From the NCBI GenBank assembly GCA_965205015.1, contig OZ242029.1:2080001-2144000 (forward strand): a stretch of 64,000 nucleotides of DNA, in the 5' to 3' direction. How positions within the stretch are numbered: the first letter of the stretch is position 1; each line of letters begins with the position of its first letter. Made by a program: the position numbers and the translations under genes. This DNA comes from Candidatus Poribacteria bacterium. Lineage in GTDB: Bacteria > Poribacteria > WGA-4E > WGA-3G. The notes under the pieces are model-generated. The model saw nothing but the letters and a program-made list of their open reading frames with translations, was not told the DNA's origin and ran no database searches. Shown piece by piece: positions 9,035-18,415 of this stretch.

Positions 9035-9385
9035 CTACCCAGGCCCATTTTGCGGCACGCCGGGAGGCGGTTCCGTGAACGTCTCACCCCGCGCCTCGGC
9101 TGCGGTGCGCCGGGCATGCCATGCCGCGATCTCTTGATACGCTTCGGCTTTTCCTTCAGTAATACCTTCGGCTTTCCCTTCAGCAATACCTTCAGTAATA
9201 CCTTCAGCAATGCCTTCGGCTTTCCCTTCCTCTTTCGCGGCTTGAATCCGCTTTTCTTGTCTTGCTAAATACCAATCCGACAGTAACATCAGCAGATCTA
9301 TGCCTCCTGCTATCATTCCAACCAAAGTTACCCCAACCGGGATAAAATTTGAGGGAATAAGTCGTTTATGATTTAAAAAACGCAC
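9035..9385 (-). CDS. Hypothetical TM + EG-repeat protein (possible real start at ATG 9289)
   Basis: Paralog of 14662 and 31801; 12-bp tandem EG(I/K)(A/T) repeats; GGAGG upstream of internal ATG. Confidence 0.6.
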   Translation of the reverse strand: MRFLNHKRLIPSNFIPVGVTLVGMIAGGIDLLMLLSDWYLARQEKRIQAAKEEGKAEGIAEGITEGIAEGKAEGITEGKAEAYQEIAAWHARRTAAEARGETFTEPPPGVPQNGPG

Positions 9386-9391
9386 TTTTTC

Positions 9392-9568
9392 TTACGGATG
9401 CCCCTCAAGATGTCGGTCTATTCGTTGATTTATGTTCCGAATCTCTGTTTCAAGTCTTGCAATATCATCTTTGGTTGCAAATCTAAATGACCTTAGAAAC
9501 GTTGCAACAGAAATAATCATAATTATTCCAGAGAATACGACTGTTAGAATGACTGCCCACTGTGGCAT
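9392..9568 (-). CDS. Small membrane protein, 58 aa (not in ORF track)
   Basis: AAGGAGG RBS; MPQWAVILTVVFSGIIMIISVATFLRSFRFATKDDIARLETEIRNINQRIDRHLEGHP*. Confidence 0.7.
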   Translation of the reverse strand: MPQWAVILTVVFSGIIMIISVATFLRSFRFATKDDIARLETEIRNINQRIDRHLEGHP

Positions 9569-10179
9569 GATCTCAAACCTCCTTTTATGGAATTTTTAAG
9601 GTTTCCACTCTTTTCAAAACGTCCTCCATCAAATTAAAAATAGAATAACACATACCCACTGGCGTGTCAACGCAAAAACTGCGATTCTACACTTTTTTCG
9701 CGAATTATGCATTATTTTTGCATAATTACGCAATTTATTGTATTTTAATTTGATAAATAACGTATAATAAGATATAATTGTATATTACAGGGATAAAACG
9801 CAATTTTATGATAGTTTTTGCGTTGAAAAGCAGTTTTTTGCATAATTAAGCAATATCAGAAAATCAATGTTCAGTTTTGAGGAAGCTTGGAAGCACAGGA
9901 AGCCTGGAAGAAACACCGTATCCGCGATCTTCCACCCCTCCGATCTTCCAACGCTCCAACCCACTTGCGGGGGTTCCCTTACCCTATGAAAAAGGAGGGG
10001 AGACCCCACCCTACAAAACTCGGATAAGCACACAACGAAACGAACAGACAGCGAGGCACGCGTGCGGGTTTCCCCACCGGCGCCCGCGCAAAACGGATGA
10101 AACACCCCTAATAAAGGGGGCAAGGGAGGTTAATTCCCGATCACATCCGAAAAAAATCGAAAGAGAGGTATATATTTTC

Positions 10180-13100
10180 ATGAACACCTTAACAACACGA
10201 AAAATTGTCCTCGGCATACTGATAACACTCGTCTTGGCGTTCAGCGTGCAGGGCACCGCAGACGCGTATGAGTTAACAAAAAGCACAAACCCTATTGCTC
10301 TCCTACCTATCCCCTCATCGGGGACAACATCAGAACAGAGCTTCACCTTTAAGATCAAATTTACTAAAGCTGAGGGTGAGGCTGATGATACTAGCACCAC
10401 TGATGTTAGTAACGATGCTAAGTACGAAGTAGCCATTGACACAGTCCTTGGTCTCAATATTGAGAATCTTACAGTAAGTGGTCTCACAGATACGGACACG
10501 GTTGATGGTACAGCGACCGTGGATCCTCCTTCTCGCGCCAGCACTTATACCGTTACGGTGAAATATACTTTGGATGGTCCTAGTGATGGTCTTGGTGAAA
10601 AGGATTTTGATGTTTCTACAATTTCGGATATTACGCTTATAGGTGGTGGGAATCCAGTGTACACGGCTTACGGTGTCCGGCCTCCTCAGGATGTGATAAA
10701 TCTTGAATTCGCTGCCGCATCTGATGATGTAGAGATCGGCTACTCTAACACAAACAATCAGTTCTACTTGGATCAAGAGGTTTCGGTTACTTTAGAAGCA
10801 CTTGACCATGGGGATGATACCTTTATGGGCGATGATGGTGAGGCTGATACGCCCAGCCATGTCCTTGTTGAATTTCAGAGGATCTGGGGTTCTGGAACCC
10901 TTTACGAAGATCTGGATGATGATTCTACCACACTCGATCCCGGCAGGAGACTTACAACTACAGCGAAGGCAGTTACCGACGGAACCTCCTATGTAGCAAA
11001 GGTCAGGTTACGGATGGGGAGGGGGAGCACCATAATCCGGGCATCCATTCGTGGTGCAAACACCGCCTTGCCTCGCAACACGCACGACATTACCTATTTC
11101 TATGGAGGCATTACGCCCAAGAAGGTTTCTGGTGAGGATCAGATAGCAACCGCTTCCACGCAACTTGCCGAACCGCTCGTTGTTGAATTCCGAGATTGGT
11201 ATCCCAACCCCTCATCTGGGACCGCTATTCGTAATCAAGAAATCGACTTCACTACTTCTGGCGGAATGTTCAGACCTCACCCTGACAACCCAGATCTTAC
11301 TTCTGGTACTGTTACATATCCCGCAAGCACCATCAAAGTAAAAACCGATAACAGTGGTCAAGCCAAAGTTTACGGTGTGTTGGGGACAGCTGGGTCTGCG
11401 ACCACTTTTACAGCGACACTTACTGGCACCTCCCATACAGCAGAATTTAGCTTTACACCTCAAGCGGCAGCGGATGCAGCAAGTATAGAGATAGATGACG
11501 GTGACGGACAAACCGGAGTCGAGAAAAACCGACCCGCGCCTGATCCCTTAGTTGTTATCGTGCGAGATACGTATGGTCTGCCAAAGTCCGGTGAACGAGT
11601 CACATTTAACACGGACAGCGGATTGTTATTAGATCCTCTTAGTGCTGACCCCGGGACCATTACGCCGCCAGGAGCTCCGGGAGATACCGCTCGACCCGAT
11701 CCAACTACTCAAAATAGGGCTGTCTATACTGATAACACCGGCAAAGCTTCAATCAGATACAATGTGGGTAATACATCAGGAGCGAAGACAGTTCGTGCGA
11801 GTATTAGAAGTGGTATTCAACAGGTAGTTTTTAACATCAACGGCACAGGAAGTTCCGGGGACAGCGGAGACGATGATGGCGATGATGAAGAACCCACCAT
11901 CACAAGAACCCTGGATATTGACGTTTCAGGCAGTGGGAGTACGCGCGAGGTTACGGTGACAGCACTGCAAAACGGGGTTTCACAGCGAGCCATCTTTGTC
12001 GAGCTGAGGGTTTCAGGCAGTGGGGCGTCGCTTTCACGGACCAGCGGCGGGACCCCCTTAGAAAGCACGCTCACGCTACCGCAAACGGCAGGCACATATA
12101 CCCTCAGAGCCTCAACGACTGCAGATTATACAACAGCTACAGAGGATGTTACCAGAACCCTCCCCGGTTCCCTCTCACTGGGAGAAATCGGTGCGCGAGC
12201 CGCAAACGGCGGGCAAGCCATTCAGGTGACCGTCCGAGAAGCAAACGGTTCCCTCGCCAGCGGTAGTGTTACCGTAACCCTCAGCGGTGTCGTCAACAGA
12301 ACTGTCACCACCACGAATGGCACCGGCAGAGCACAGGTCGTGCTACCCACCACGGGCGGCTCTGTGGTTCTCAGAGCTACGGGGTATAACGACGGTTCCT
12401 ACACATTCCCTGCGGGCGGACAAACGGCGACGACCACGACAGACACCACCACGACAACCACCACAACTACGACAGTCGAAGAGACACAGCCTGAACCCGC
12501 CAGCATCAGAGTGAGCGGTCCCGCGAACCGCAGTGGGACGGTGGATACGCAGATCGATGCACCGCTCCTCGTCCAGGTCCTCGATGCGGACGGTGATGGC
12601 GTAGAAAATGTGCGCGTCATTTTCCGTGTCCGAGAAGGACGGGGACGGCTCTCACAACGCGGCAACGGACGTGCGATCGCCGTCCAGACGAATTCCGACG
12701 GCCATGCCCGTGCCGACTTCACGCCACTGAGTGATGGCACGATCACGGTTGAAGCAGAGGTAACGGGTGTCACGCGAAAGGTTACTTTCACCATCACGAC
12801 AGACGACGCAGCACCGACAGGAGCAGCGAGCGTCGGGACCTATACTGTTGGTGACAGCATTTCGGCATTAGCGTCGGGATTCCCGAGTGAACTCTCGGGT
12901 GCCTCCTTCCAGAGCCGTGGCGGACAACGCATCTTTACCTTCAGCAATAAAGGCAAGATTGTGCAAGGGGGTATCACGTATACCTGCTCGTCTGTAGACG
13001 GATGCACAATCCAAGGGCAGCGCGTTACCAAAGGCACGATTGAAGCGACAAGGCCTGGTACTACACCCCCCAGCACTGGCACAAGAACGCCCAGCACAGG

Positions 13101-14592
13101 GGATACGCCCAGTACGACTGTGAATCCTGTCCTAAATGCCGCTGTTGACACAGCGAGTCGGTCGCCGATGTTGTGGGTCAGTGGCGGTAAGATTTACGCC
13201 CTCGTGGGTTCTGAGGTGAAAGTGTTCATATCGGGCGTTGAAAACGCCATAAACCTCGCCATCGGTGGGGGTAAAGTCTACTGGACGGCGAAGACGAGTG
13301 ATACACACGGGACGCTGAACAGTGCGAATCTTGACGGTACAGGTGCCAAAGAACTGCGGTCCTTGTGGGGTGTGCCGAGAGGCATCGCCGTAGACACCGC
13401 CGGTAGCAAACTCTATTGGGTAGATGCCGCGAACCGACTCCAAAGTTCGAACCTCGAGGGGTTGAATATCGAAAACGTGCTTCGCAATCTCTCGGATCCA
13501 CAAGATGTCGTCTTAGCCGGTGGCAATGTGTATTGGATCGGAAATGGGTCGGGTACAGACACGCTTTCGTTTATCACCCTCTCAGATCCGAAGAAAGTCA
13601 TACATCCTGTCGCAGCCACATCCGGGACTTATGGGGGACTTGCGATCGCAGGTGGGAAGGTCTACTGGACAGAGCAGACGAGTGATACCCACGGGACGCT
13701 GCACAGTGCCAACCTTGACGGAACAGGTGTCGCAGAACTCCGGGATGACCCCATATGGGGTGCCCCAGTCGGCATCGCCGTGGACACTGCCCGGAGCATG
13801 CTCTACTGGACGGACGCTGTCGGTAGGCTCCAACGGTCGAACCTCGACGGGTCAGGGATCCACAATGTCGTCAAGGGGTTAGGACTTCCAGGGGACATGG
13901 TCCTCAGTAACAACATTACCGCACCTATAGGAACCGCATCTACGACGACATCCAAGACCTCGACGACCGGCTCCAACAAATACGATATCAATGCCGACGG
14001 GACGGTGGATAGCAAGGATTCTGATGTGCTGATCGTCGCCGTCGCCGCTCGGATCACCGATGCCAAGTACGATGTCAACGGAGATGGAAAGGTCGACATC
14101 AATGATGTCGTCGCCGTCACCGCCAATCGGGACAAGGGGACGGCGAGTGCGCCGGCACTCCTCGGTACGAAGTTAGGGTCCGTTGAGGTCGAGCGGCTCC
14201 AGGAGCAAATTGACCTATTGATTGCAACAGGCGATCGCTCACCCGCCGCAATGCGGACGTTAGTGTATCTCCAGCAGCTCATCGTCATGGCGCGTCCCGA
14301 AAAGACGCAGCTCTTGGCGAACTATCCGAATCCGTTCAACCCTGAAACCTGGATTCCGTATGAGTTGGCGACAGACACGGACGTGCGCATCACGATTTAC
14401 AACGCCCAAGGCATTGTCATCCGGACGTTGCATCTCGGACAGCAATCCGCCGGGTATTACACCGATCGCCAGCGTGCGGCGTATTGGGACGGTCGGAATG
14501 CCCTCGGCGAGCAGGTCGCGAGTGGCATCTATTTCTACCAGTTCGAAACCGACGAAATGTCGTCCCTGCGCAAGATGCTGATTTTGAAGTAG
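10180..14592 (+). CDS. Large secreted protein: Ig-like domains, Thr-rich linkers, YWTD (LDLR class B) propeller, dockerin-like repeat, T9SS-like/FlgD C-terminal domain
   Basis: GAGG RBS; signal peptide MNTLTTRK...TADA; KVYWT/LYWTD repeats; YDINADGTVD/YDVNGDGKVD; LLANYPNPFNPETWIPY. Confidence 0.85.
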   Translation: MNTLTTRKIVLGILITLVLAFSVQGTADAYELTKSTNPIALLPIPSSGTTSEQSFTFKIKFTKAEGEADDTSTTDVSNDAKYEVAIDTVLGLNIENLTVSGLTDTDTVDGTATVDPPSRASTYTVTVKYTLDGPSDGLGEKDFDVSTISDITLIGGGNPVYTAYGVRPPQDVINLEFAAASDDVEIGYSNTNNQFYLDQEVSVTLEALDHGDDTFMGDDGEADTPSHVLVEFQRIWGSGTLYEDLDDDSTTLDPGRRLTTTAKAVTDGTSYVAKVRLRMGRGSTIIRASIRGANTALPRNTHDITYFYGGITPKKVSGEDQIATASTQLAEPLVVEFRDWYPNPSSGTAIRNQEIDFTTSGGMFRPHPDNPDLTSGTVTYPASTIKVKTDNSGQAKVYGVLGTAGSATTFTATLTGTSHTAEFSFTPQAAADAASIEIDDGDGQTGVEKNRPAPDPLVVIVRDTYGLPKSGERVTFNTDSGLLLDPLSADPGTITPPGAPGDTARPDPTTQNRAVYTDNTGKASIRYNVGNTSGAKTVRASIRSGIQQVVFNINGTGSSGDSGDDDGDDEEPTITRTLDIDVSGSGSTREVTVTALQNGVSQRAIFVELRVSGSGASLSRTSGGTPLESTLTLPQTAGTYTLRASTTADYTTATEDVTRTLPGSLSLGEIGARAANGGQAIQVTVREANGSLASGSVTVTLSGVVNRTVTTTNGTGRAQVVLPTTGGSVVLRATGYNDGSYTFPAGGQTATTTTDTTTTTTTTTTVEETQPEPASIRVSGPANRSGTVDTQIDAPLLVQVLDADGDGVENVRVIFRVREGRGRLSQRGNGRAIAVQTNSDGHARADFTPLSDGTITVEAEVTGVTRKVTFTITTDDAAPTGAASVGTYTVGDSISALASGFPSELSGASFQSRGGQRIFTFSNKGKIVQGGITYTCSSVDGCTIQGQRVTKGTIEATRPGTTPPSTGTRTPSTGDTPSTTVNPVLNAAVDTASRSPMLWVSGGKIYALVGSEVKVFISGVENAINLAIGGGKVYWTAKTSDTHGTLNSANLDGTGAKELRSLWGVPRGIAVDTAGSKLYWVDAANRLQSSNLEGLNIENVLRNLSDPQDVVLAGGNVYWIGNGSGTDTLSFITLSDPKKVIHPVAATSGTYGGLAIAGGKVYWTEQTSDTHGTLHSANLDGTGVAELRDDPIWGAPVGIAVDTARSMLYWTDAVGRLQRSNLDGSGIHNVVKGLGLPGDMVLSNNITAPIGTASTTTSKTSTTGSNKYDINADGTVDSKDSDVLIVAVAARITDAKYDVNGDGKVDINDVVAVTANRDKGTASAPALLGTKLGSVEVERLQEQIDLLIATGDRSPAAMRTLVYLQQLIVMARPEKTQLLANYPNPFNPETWIPYELATDTDVRITIYNAQGIVIRTLHLGQQSAGYYTDRQRAAYWDGRNALGEQVASGIYFYQFETDEMSSLRKMLILK

Positions 14593-14661
14593 GACGGAAC
14601 TCCGATTCCCGACGGACTGGCTTCGGCTCTCGGAAACCACCGGTGAAGAGGTTTTCGTTTA

Positions 14662-14952
14662 ATGATACCCGCTTTGCTGGCGGTTTCCGAATTTATCCCC
14701 TTTGGCGGGGCATTAATCGCAATGATAGTAGGAGGTATTGACATCATGATGTTACTGTCAGATTGGTTCTATGATAGACGGGAAAAACGTATTCAGACTG
14801 AAAGAGAAAAAGCCAGAGAAGAAGGGAGAAAAGAAGGTTACGCAGAGGGCTATGCAGCTGCAAAAGCAGAAAACGTTTCTACCGATAATGAGTCCCTTCA
14901 TTCGCCATTGAAACCTTCGAATGCTCCACCAAAAAATAAAGAGAATCCTTAA
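14662..14952 (+). CDS. Hypothetical TM + EG-repeat protein (possible real start ATG 14746)
   Basis: FIPxG...GGIDxxMLLSDW...EKRIQ...EEG shared with the 9035 ORF. Confidence 0.6.
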   Translation: MIPALLAVSEFIPFGGALIAMIVGGIDIMMLLSDWFYDRREKRIQTEREKAREEGRKEGYAEGYAAAKAENVSTDNESLHSPLKPSNAPPKNKENP

Positions 14953-15061
14953 TCCCAGCGGCAGCATCCTGTAGGTGGAACCTCCGATATTCTACGGAGA
15001 TGTCGGCCCGCTGGGGCTAATGCCTTGCTCTCTCCCCCCCAAAAAATCCGAAAATTACCCC

Positions 15062-15091
15062 TTGACGGCATCCCCCAAAATGTGCTATACT
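15062..15091 (+). promoter_or_regulatory. sigma70-like promoter
   Basis: TTGACG...TGcTATACT (extended -10) upstream of ATG 15125. Confidence 0.55.
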
Positions 15092-15124
15092 AAAATCATA
15101 AGAAAAATCAACAGGGGGGTCCGT

Positions 15125-16954
15125 ATGAAATCCTATCTACTCACGCTATGCCTTGTCCTCGCATTACCCTTCGCGGGACACACGGCATCCGAATATACAA
15201 TTACAAAAAAACACCGCGTCATCCAAGAGGCATCCGCACACCCGAGCGACGTTCCCATCGGTACACAAATTTCACGCCTCACCTTCACGACACTCCATGG
15301 CGATACACACAATTTAGACACCCTCACCGCACAGGGACCCGTCGTTTTCACGTTCCTCGCAACCGAATGCCCCGTCGCACAACGCTATACGATGCGCCTG
15401 AAACGGTTGCACGCCGAATTCGCACCGCAAAATACCACCTTCGTTGCAGTCTATGCCAACGAAAACGATTCTGAGGACGACGTAAGGCACTACATCGCCA
15501 AGGCAGGTGCTCCGTTCCCTGTTGTAAAGGACACAACCGGCAAACTCGCACGTGCGCTCGGCGCAACTATGACCCCACAGGCTGTTCTCGTTGATACAAC
15601 CCGTACAATTAGCTACCGCGGTGCCATTGACGATAACCGCTACGAGCCACGCGTCAAGCACCACTACCTGCAAGATGCGCTGCTCGCAACACATACAGAT
15701 ACCCCGATCCCCGTGCAAGAGACACCGGCGTTCGGATGCACGATCCATCTCCCCGAAACGGATCTGCCTACAGAGATTACCTATAGCCAGCACATCGCAC
15801 CGATCCTCCAGAAGAATTGCCAGACGTGCCATCGACACGGCGAAGTCGCACCCTTCACACTCACCGATTACGGTGATGCAAAGGCGTGGGCAACCGAAAT
15901 CGCTGAATACACACAGGCACGTCTCATGCCACCGTGGAAACCCGCGCCCGGCTACGGCGACTTCAAGAACGAACGGCGACTCACAGACACCGAAATCCAG
16001 AGAATCGCAGCGTGGGTGAGAGCCGGTGCACCCGCTGGCGATCTTGAAGCCGTGCCACCCGCACCTCAGTTCCCTGAAGACTGGGCACTCGGGGAACCCG
16101 ATTGGATCGCTGAGATGCCGGTCGAGTATGAGATCGAACCCGAAGGCGAAGACGAATATCGGCAATTCATTATACCCACCACCTTTGAGACGGACATGTA
16201 CGTTCAAGCCGTTGACGTGCAACCCGGCAATCGGAAGACGGTCCACCACGTCATCGCCTACTTAGACGTGAACGGCGAAGCGCGTAAACTCGACGCCCAG
16301 GACCCGAAGCCGGGCTATGTTACGGAGGGGACAGGTCCAGGGTTTGATAGTGCCGGGACGGTCGGCGGTTGGGCACCGGGCGTTACGCCGTTAGTCCTAC
16401 CCGAGGGGGTCGGGTATCTCTTACCGAAAGGTGCCGACATCGTCATGCAGGTGCATTACTATCGCACGGGGCATCTCGAACGGGATCGTTCGCGGTTGGG
16501 GTTATACTTCTCCAAAACAGCGGAAACCACCAAATTACGTATCGGAGACGCCATCAACAGCGATTTCGTTATCCCTGCGGGTGAAAATTGGTATGAGGTT
16601 TTAGCCTCCGAAACGTTCAAGAAAGACGTTTACCTGTTAGCGACGATGCCGCACATGCACCTTCTCGGACGCGACATGCGTCTCGTCGCCATAACGCCAT
16701 CCGGTGAGAAACACGACCTCATCTGGATCCAGGATTGGGATTTCAATTGGCAGGATGCCTACCACTATCGCGAGCCGCTCTTCTTCCCGGCTGGCACCCG
16801 TGTCGATCTCGTCGCGCATTTCGATAATTCCGCAGAGAACCCAGCGAACCCGCACGATCCACCGATCCCGGTCGGTTGGGGCGAAAAAACGACAGACGAA
16901 ATGTGCATCGGATTTCTATACTACGTCAAAGCCAGCGAATTTTCACCTCGATAG
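15125..16954 (+). CDS. Redoxin + c-type heme + copper type II ascorbate-dependent monooxygenase-like protein
   Basis: Signal peptide; TECPVA redoxin; CQTCH heme motif; VHH, QVHY, PHMH and DEMC copper-ligand motifs. Confidence 0.8.
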   Translation: MKSYLLTLCLVLALPFAGHTASEYTITKKHRVIQEASAHPSDVPIGTQISRLTFTTLHGDTHNLDTLTAQGPVVFTFLATECPVAQRYTMRLKRLHAEFAPQNTTFVAVYANENDSEDDVRHYIAKAGAPFPVVKDTTGKLARALGATMTPQAVLVDTTRTISYRGAIDDNRYEPRVKHHYLQDALLATHTDTPIPVQETPAFGCTIHLPETDLPTEITYSQHIAPILQKNCQTCHRHGEVAPFTLTDYGDAKAWATEIAEYTQARLMPPWKPAPGYGDFKNERRLTDTEIQRIAAWVRAGAPAGDLEAVPPAPQFPEDWALGEPDWIAEMPVEYEIEPEGEDEYRQFIIPTTFETDMYVQAVDVQPGNRKTVHHVIAYLDVNGEARKLDAQDPKPGYVTEGTGPGFDSAGTVGGWAPGVTPLVLPEGVGYLLPKGADIVMQVHYYRTGHLERDRSRLGLYFSKTAETTKLRIGDAINSDFVIPAGENWYEVLASETFKKDVYLLATMPHMHLLGRDMRLVAITPSGEKHDLIWIQDWDFNWQDAYHYREPLFFPAGTRVDLVAHFDNSAENPANPHDPPIPVGWGEKTTDEMCIGFLYYVKASEFSPR

Positions 16955-17050
16955 GTGTGGTTTTTAACTGTACCATGGGTGTCAATTTGGGGATTTTTAA
17001 ACCGGTTTAGCGAGGGCAGATTTATAGAATCGGATAGAAATAAAGCAATC

Positions 17051-17613
17051 AGCCCTATAAGGGCGGCATGTTTATAGAATGTGCTCGTAAGTTCAAATCA
17101 GCCCTGTAAGGGCGGCATGTTTATAGAATGTGCTCGTAAGTTCAAATCAGCCCTGTAAGGGCGGCATGTTTATAGAAGCGGGTATATCAATATATTTAGC
17201 CCTGTAAGGGCGGCATATTTATAGAAGCGGGTATATCAATATATTTAGCCCTGTAAGGGCGGCATGTTTATAGAATGTGCTCGTAAGTTCAAATCAGCCC
17301 TGTAAGGGCGGCATATTTATAGAAGCGGGTATATCAATATATTTAGCCCTGTAAGGGCGGCATATTTATAGAAGCGGGTATATCAATATATTTAGCCCTG
17401 TAAGGGCGGCATATTTATAGAATGTGCTCGTAAGTTCAAATCAGCCCTGTAAGGGCGGCATGTTTATAGAAGCGGGTATATCAATATATTTAGCCCTGTA
17501 AGGGCGGCATGTTTATAGAATGTGCTCGTAAGTTCAAATCAGCCCTGTAAGGGCGGCATGTTTATAGAAGCGGGTATATCAATATATTTAGCCCTGTAAG
17601 GGCGGCATGTTTA
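17051..17613. repeat. REP array: 11 x 49-bp units plus a terminal partial repeat; 29-bp constant repeat with two alternative 20-bp spacers
   Basis: AGCCCTGTAAGGGCGGCATRTTTATAGAA + A (TGTGCTCGTAAGTTCAAATC) or B (GCGGGTATATCAATATATTT); order AABBABBABAB. Confidence 0.92.
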
Positions 17614-18087
17614 CGAAGCGTATTCATCGTTTTCAGATTCAAAAACATATTTCGTATCATAATCAACACCAAAAAGATCAAGAAGTTCTAAATATTCTTC
17701 ACGAAACGTCTTTTTTGAATGATGCTGTTCTTGGTTTTTGATGTACCTCGCAACGGCATCCAATTGAGAATGAGAATATGAAAAAGCCGAAAAGCCCTTC
17801 TGCCATTCAAACCTTCCCACAACCCATCGCTTTCGGTTAATGAATCTCGACGAATTTGCTTTAATATCCCTCACCAAATCAGTCAATGCTCCTTCTGGCG
17901 CGAGCCCAATAAGGATATGGATATGGTCGGGCATGGAATTAATTTGAATCACCTTCTGTTTTTTGTTCGTGATGATACCTGTGATATAGCGATGGAGTTC
18001 ATCTTTGTGTTCTTTCGGAAGCAGGTATTGTCTGCCTTTAACAGCAAAAACGATATGTACGTAAAGTTGGGTATAGGTATTTGGCAT
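17611..18087 (-). CDS. tnpA: IS200/IS605-family Y1 HUH transposase, probably REP-associated (RAYT/TnpA-REP)
   Basis: YVHIVF, MPDHIHIL (HUH), WQKGF, YIKNQEQHH; flanked on both sides by the same hairpin repeat; no tnpB. Confidence 0.88.
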   Translation of the reverse strand: MPNTYTQLYVHIVFAVKGRQYLLPKEHKDELHRYITGIITNKKQKVIQINSMPDHIHILIGLAPEGALTDLVRDIKANSSRFINRKRWVVGRFEWQKGFSAFSYSHSQLDAVARYIKNQEQHHSKKTFREEYLELLDLFGVDYDTKYVFESENDEYAS

Positions 18088-18134
18088 GGATTAAAGAAAT
18101 CTCCTTGTAATTTTGATCAACATATAGATTCTAT

Positions 18135-18306
18135 GACATGCCGCCCTTACAGGGCTATATGTATAGTAATCCGTTTTTCTATAAACATGCCGTCCCTACG
18201 GGACTAAAGATGTTGTTGAACAGTGCATCGTTAATTGCCTTCAGTGCCTGCGCTGTATATCCCTACGGGACTAAAGATGTTGTTGAACCCCGTTTCTATA
18301 AACATA
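18135..18306. repeat. Inverted REP copies upstream of tnpA
   Basis: ACATGCCGCCCTTACAGGGCT, CTATAAACATGCCGTCCCTACGGGAC and a 29-bp direct repeat at 18194/18260. Confidence 0.75.
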
Positions 18307-18415
18307 CCGATTGCTGATTGCTATCTTGTGGGAGGAATTTCAAACCCGACTCCCCAATCCTGCCAATCCGTAAAACCTGATTACCGACCGCTGACTGCCG
18401 ATTGCCGATTGCCAT

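Noticed and set aside
9877-10179. 101-aa N-terminal extension of the large secreted protein
   Set aside because: RBS and signal peptide point to ATG 10180; the upstream frame looks non-coding
17051-17613. CRISPR array
   Set aside because: Only two spacer sequences, reused and 20 bp long; no cas genes in the window; the repeat also flanks tnpA in inverted orientation, which fits REPs
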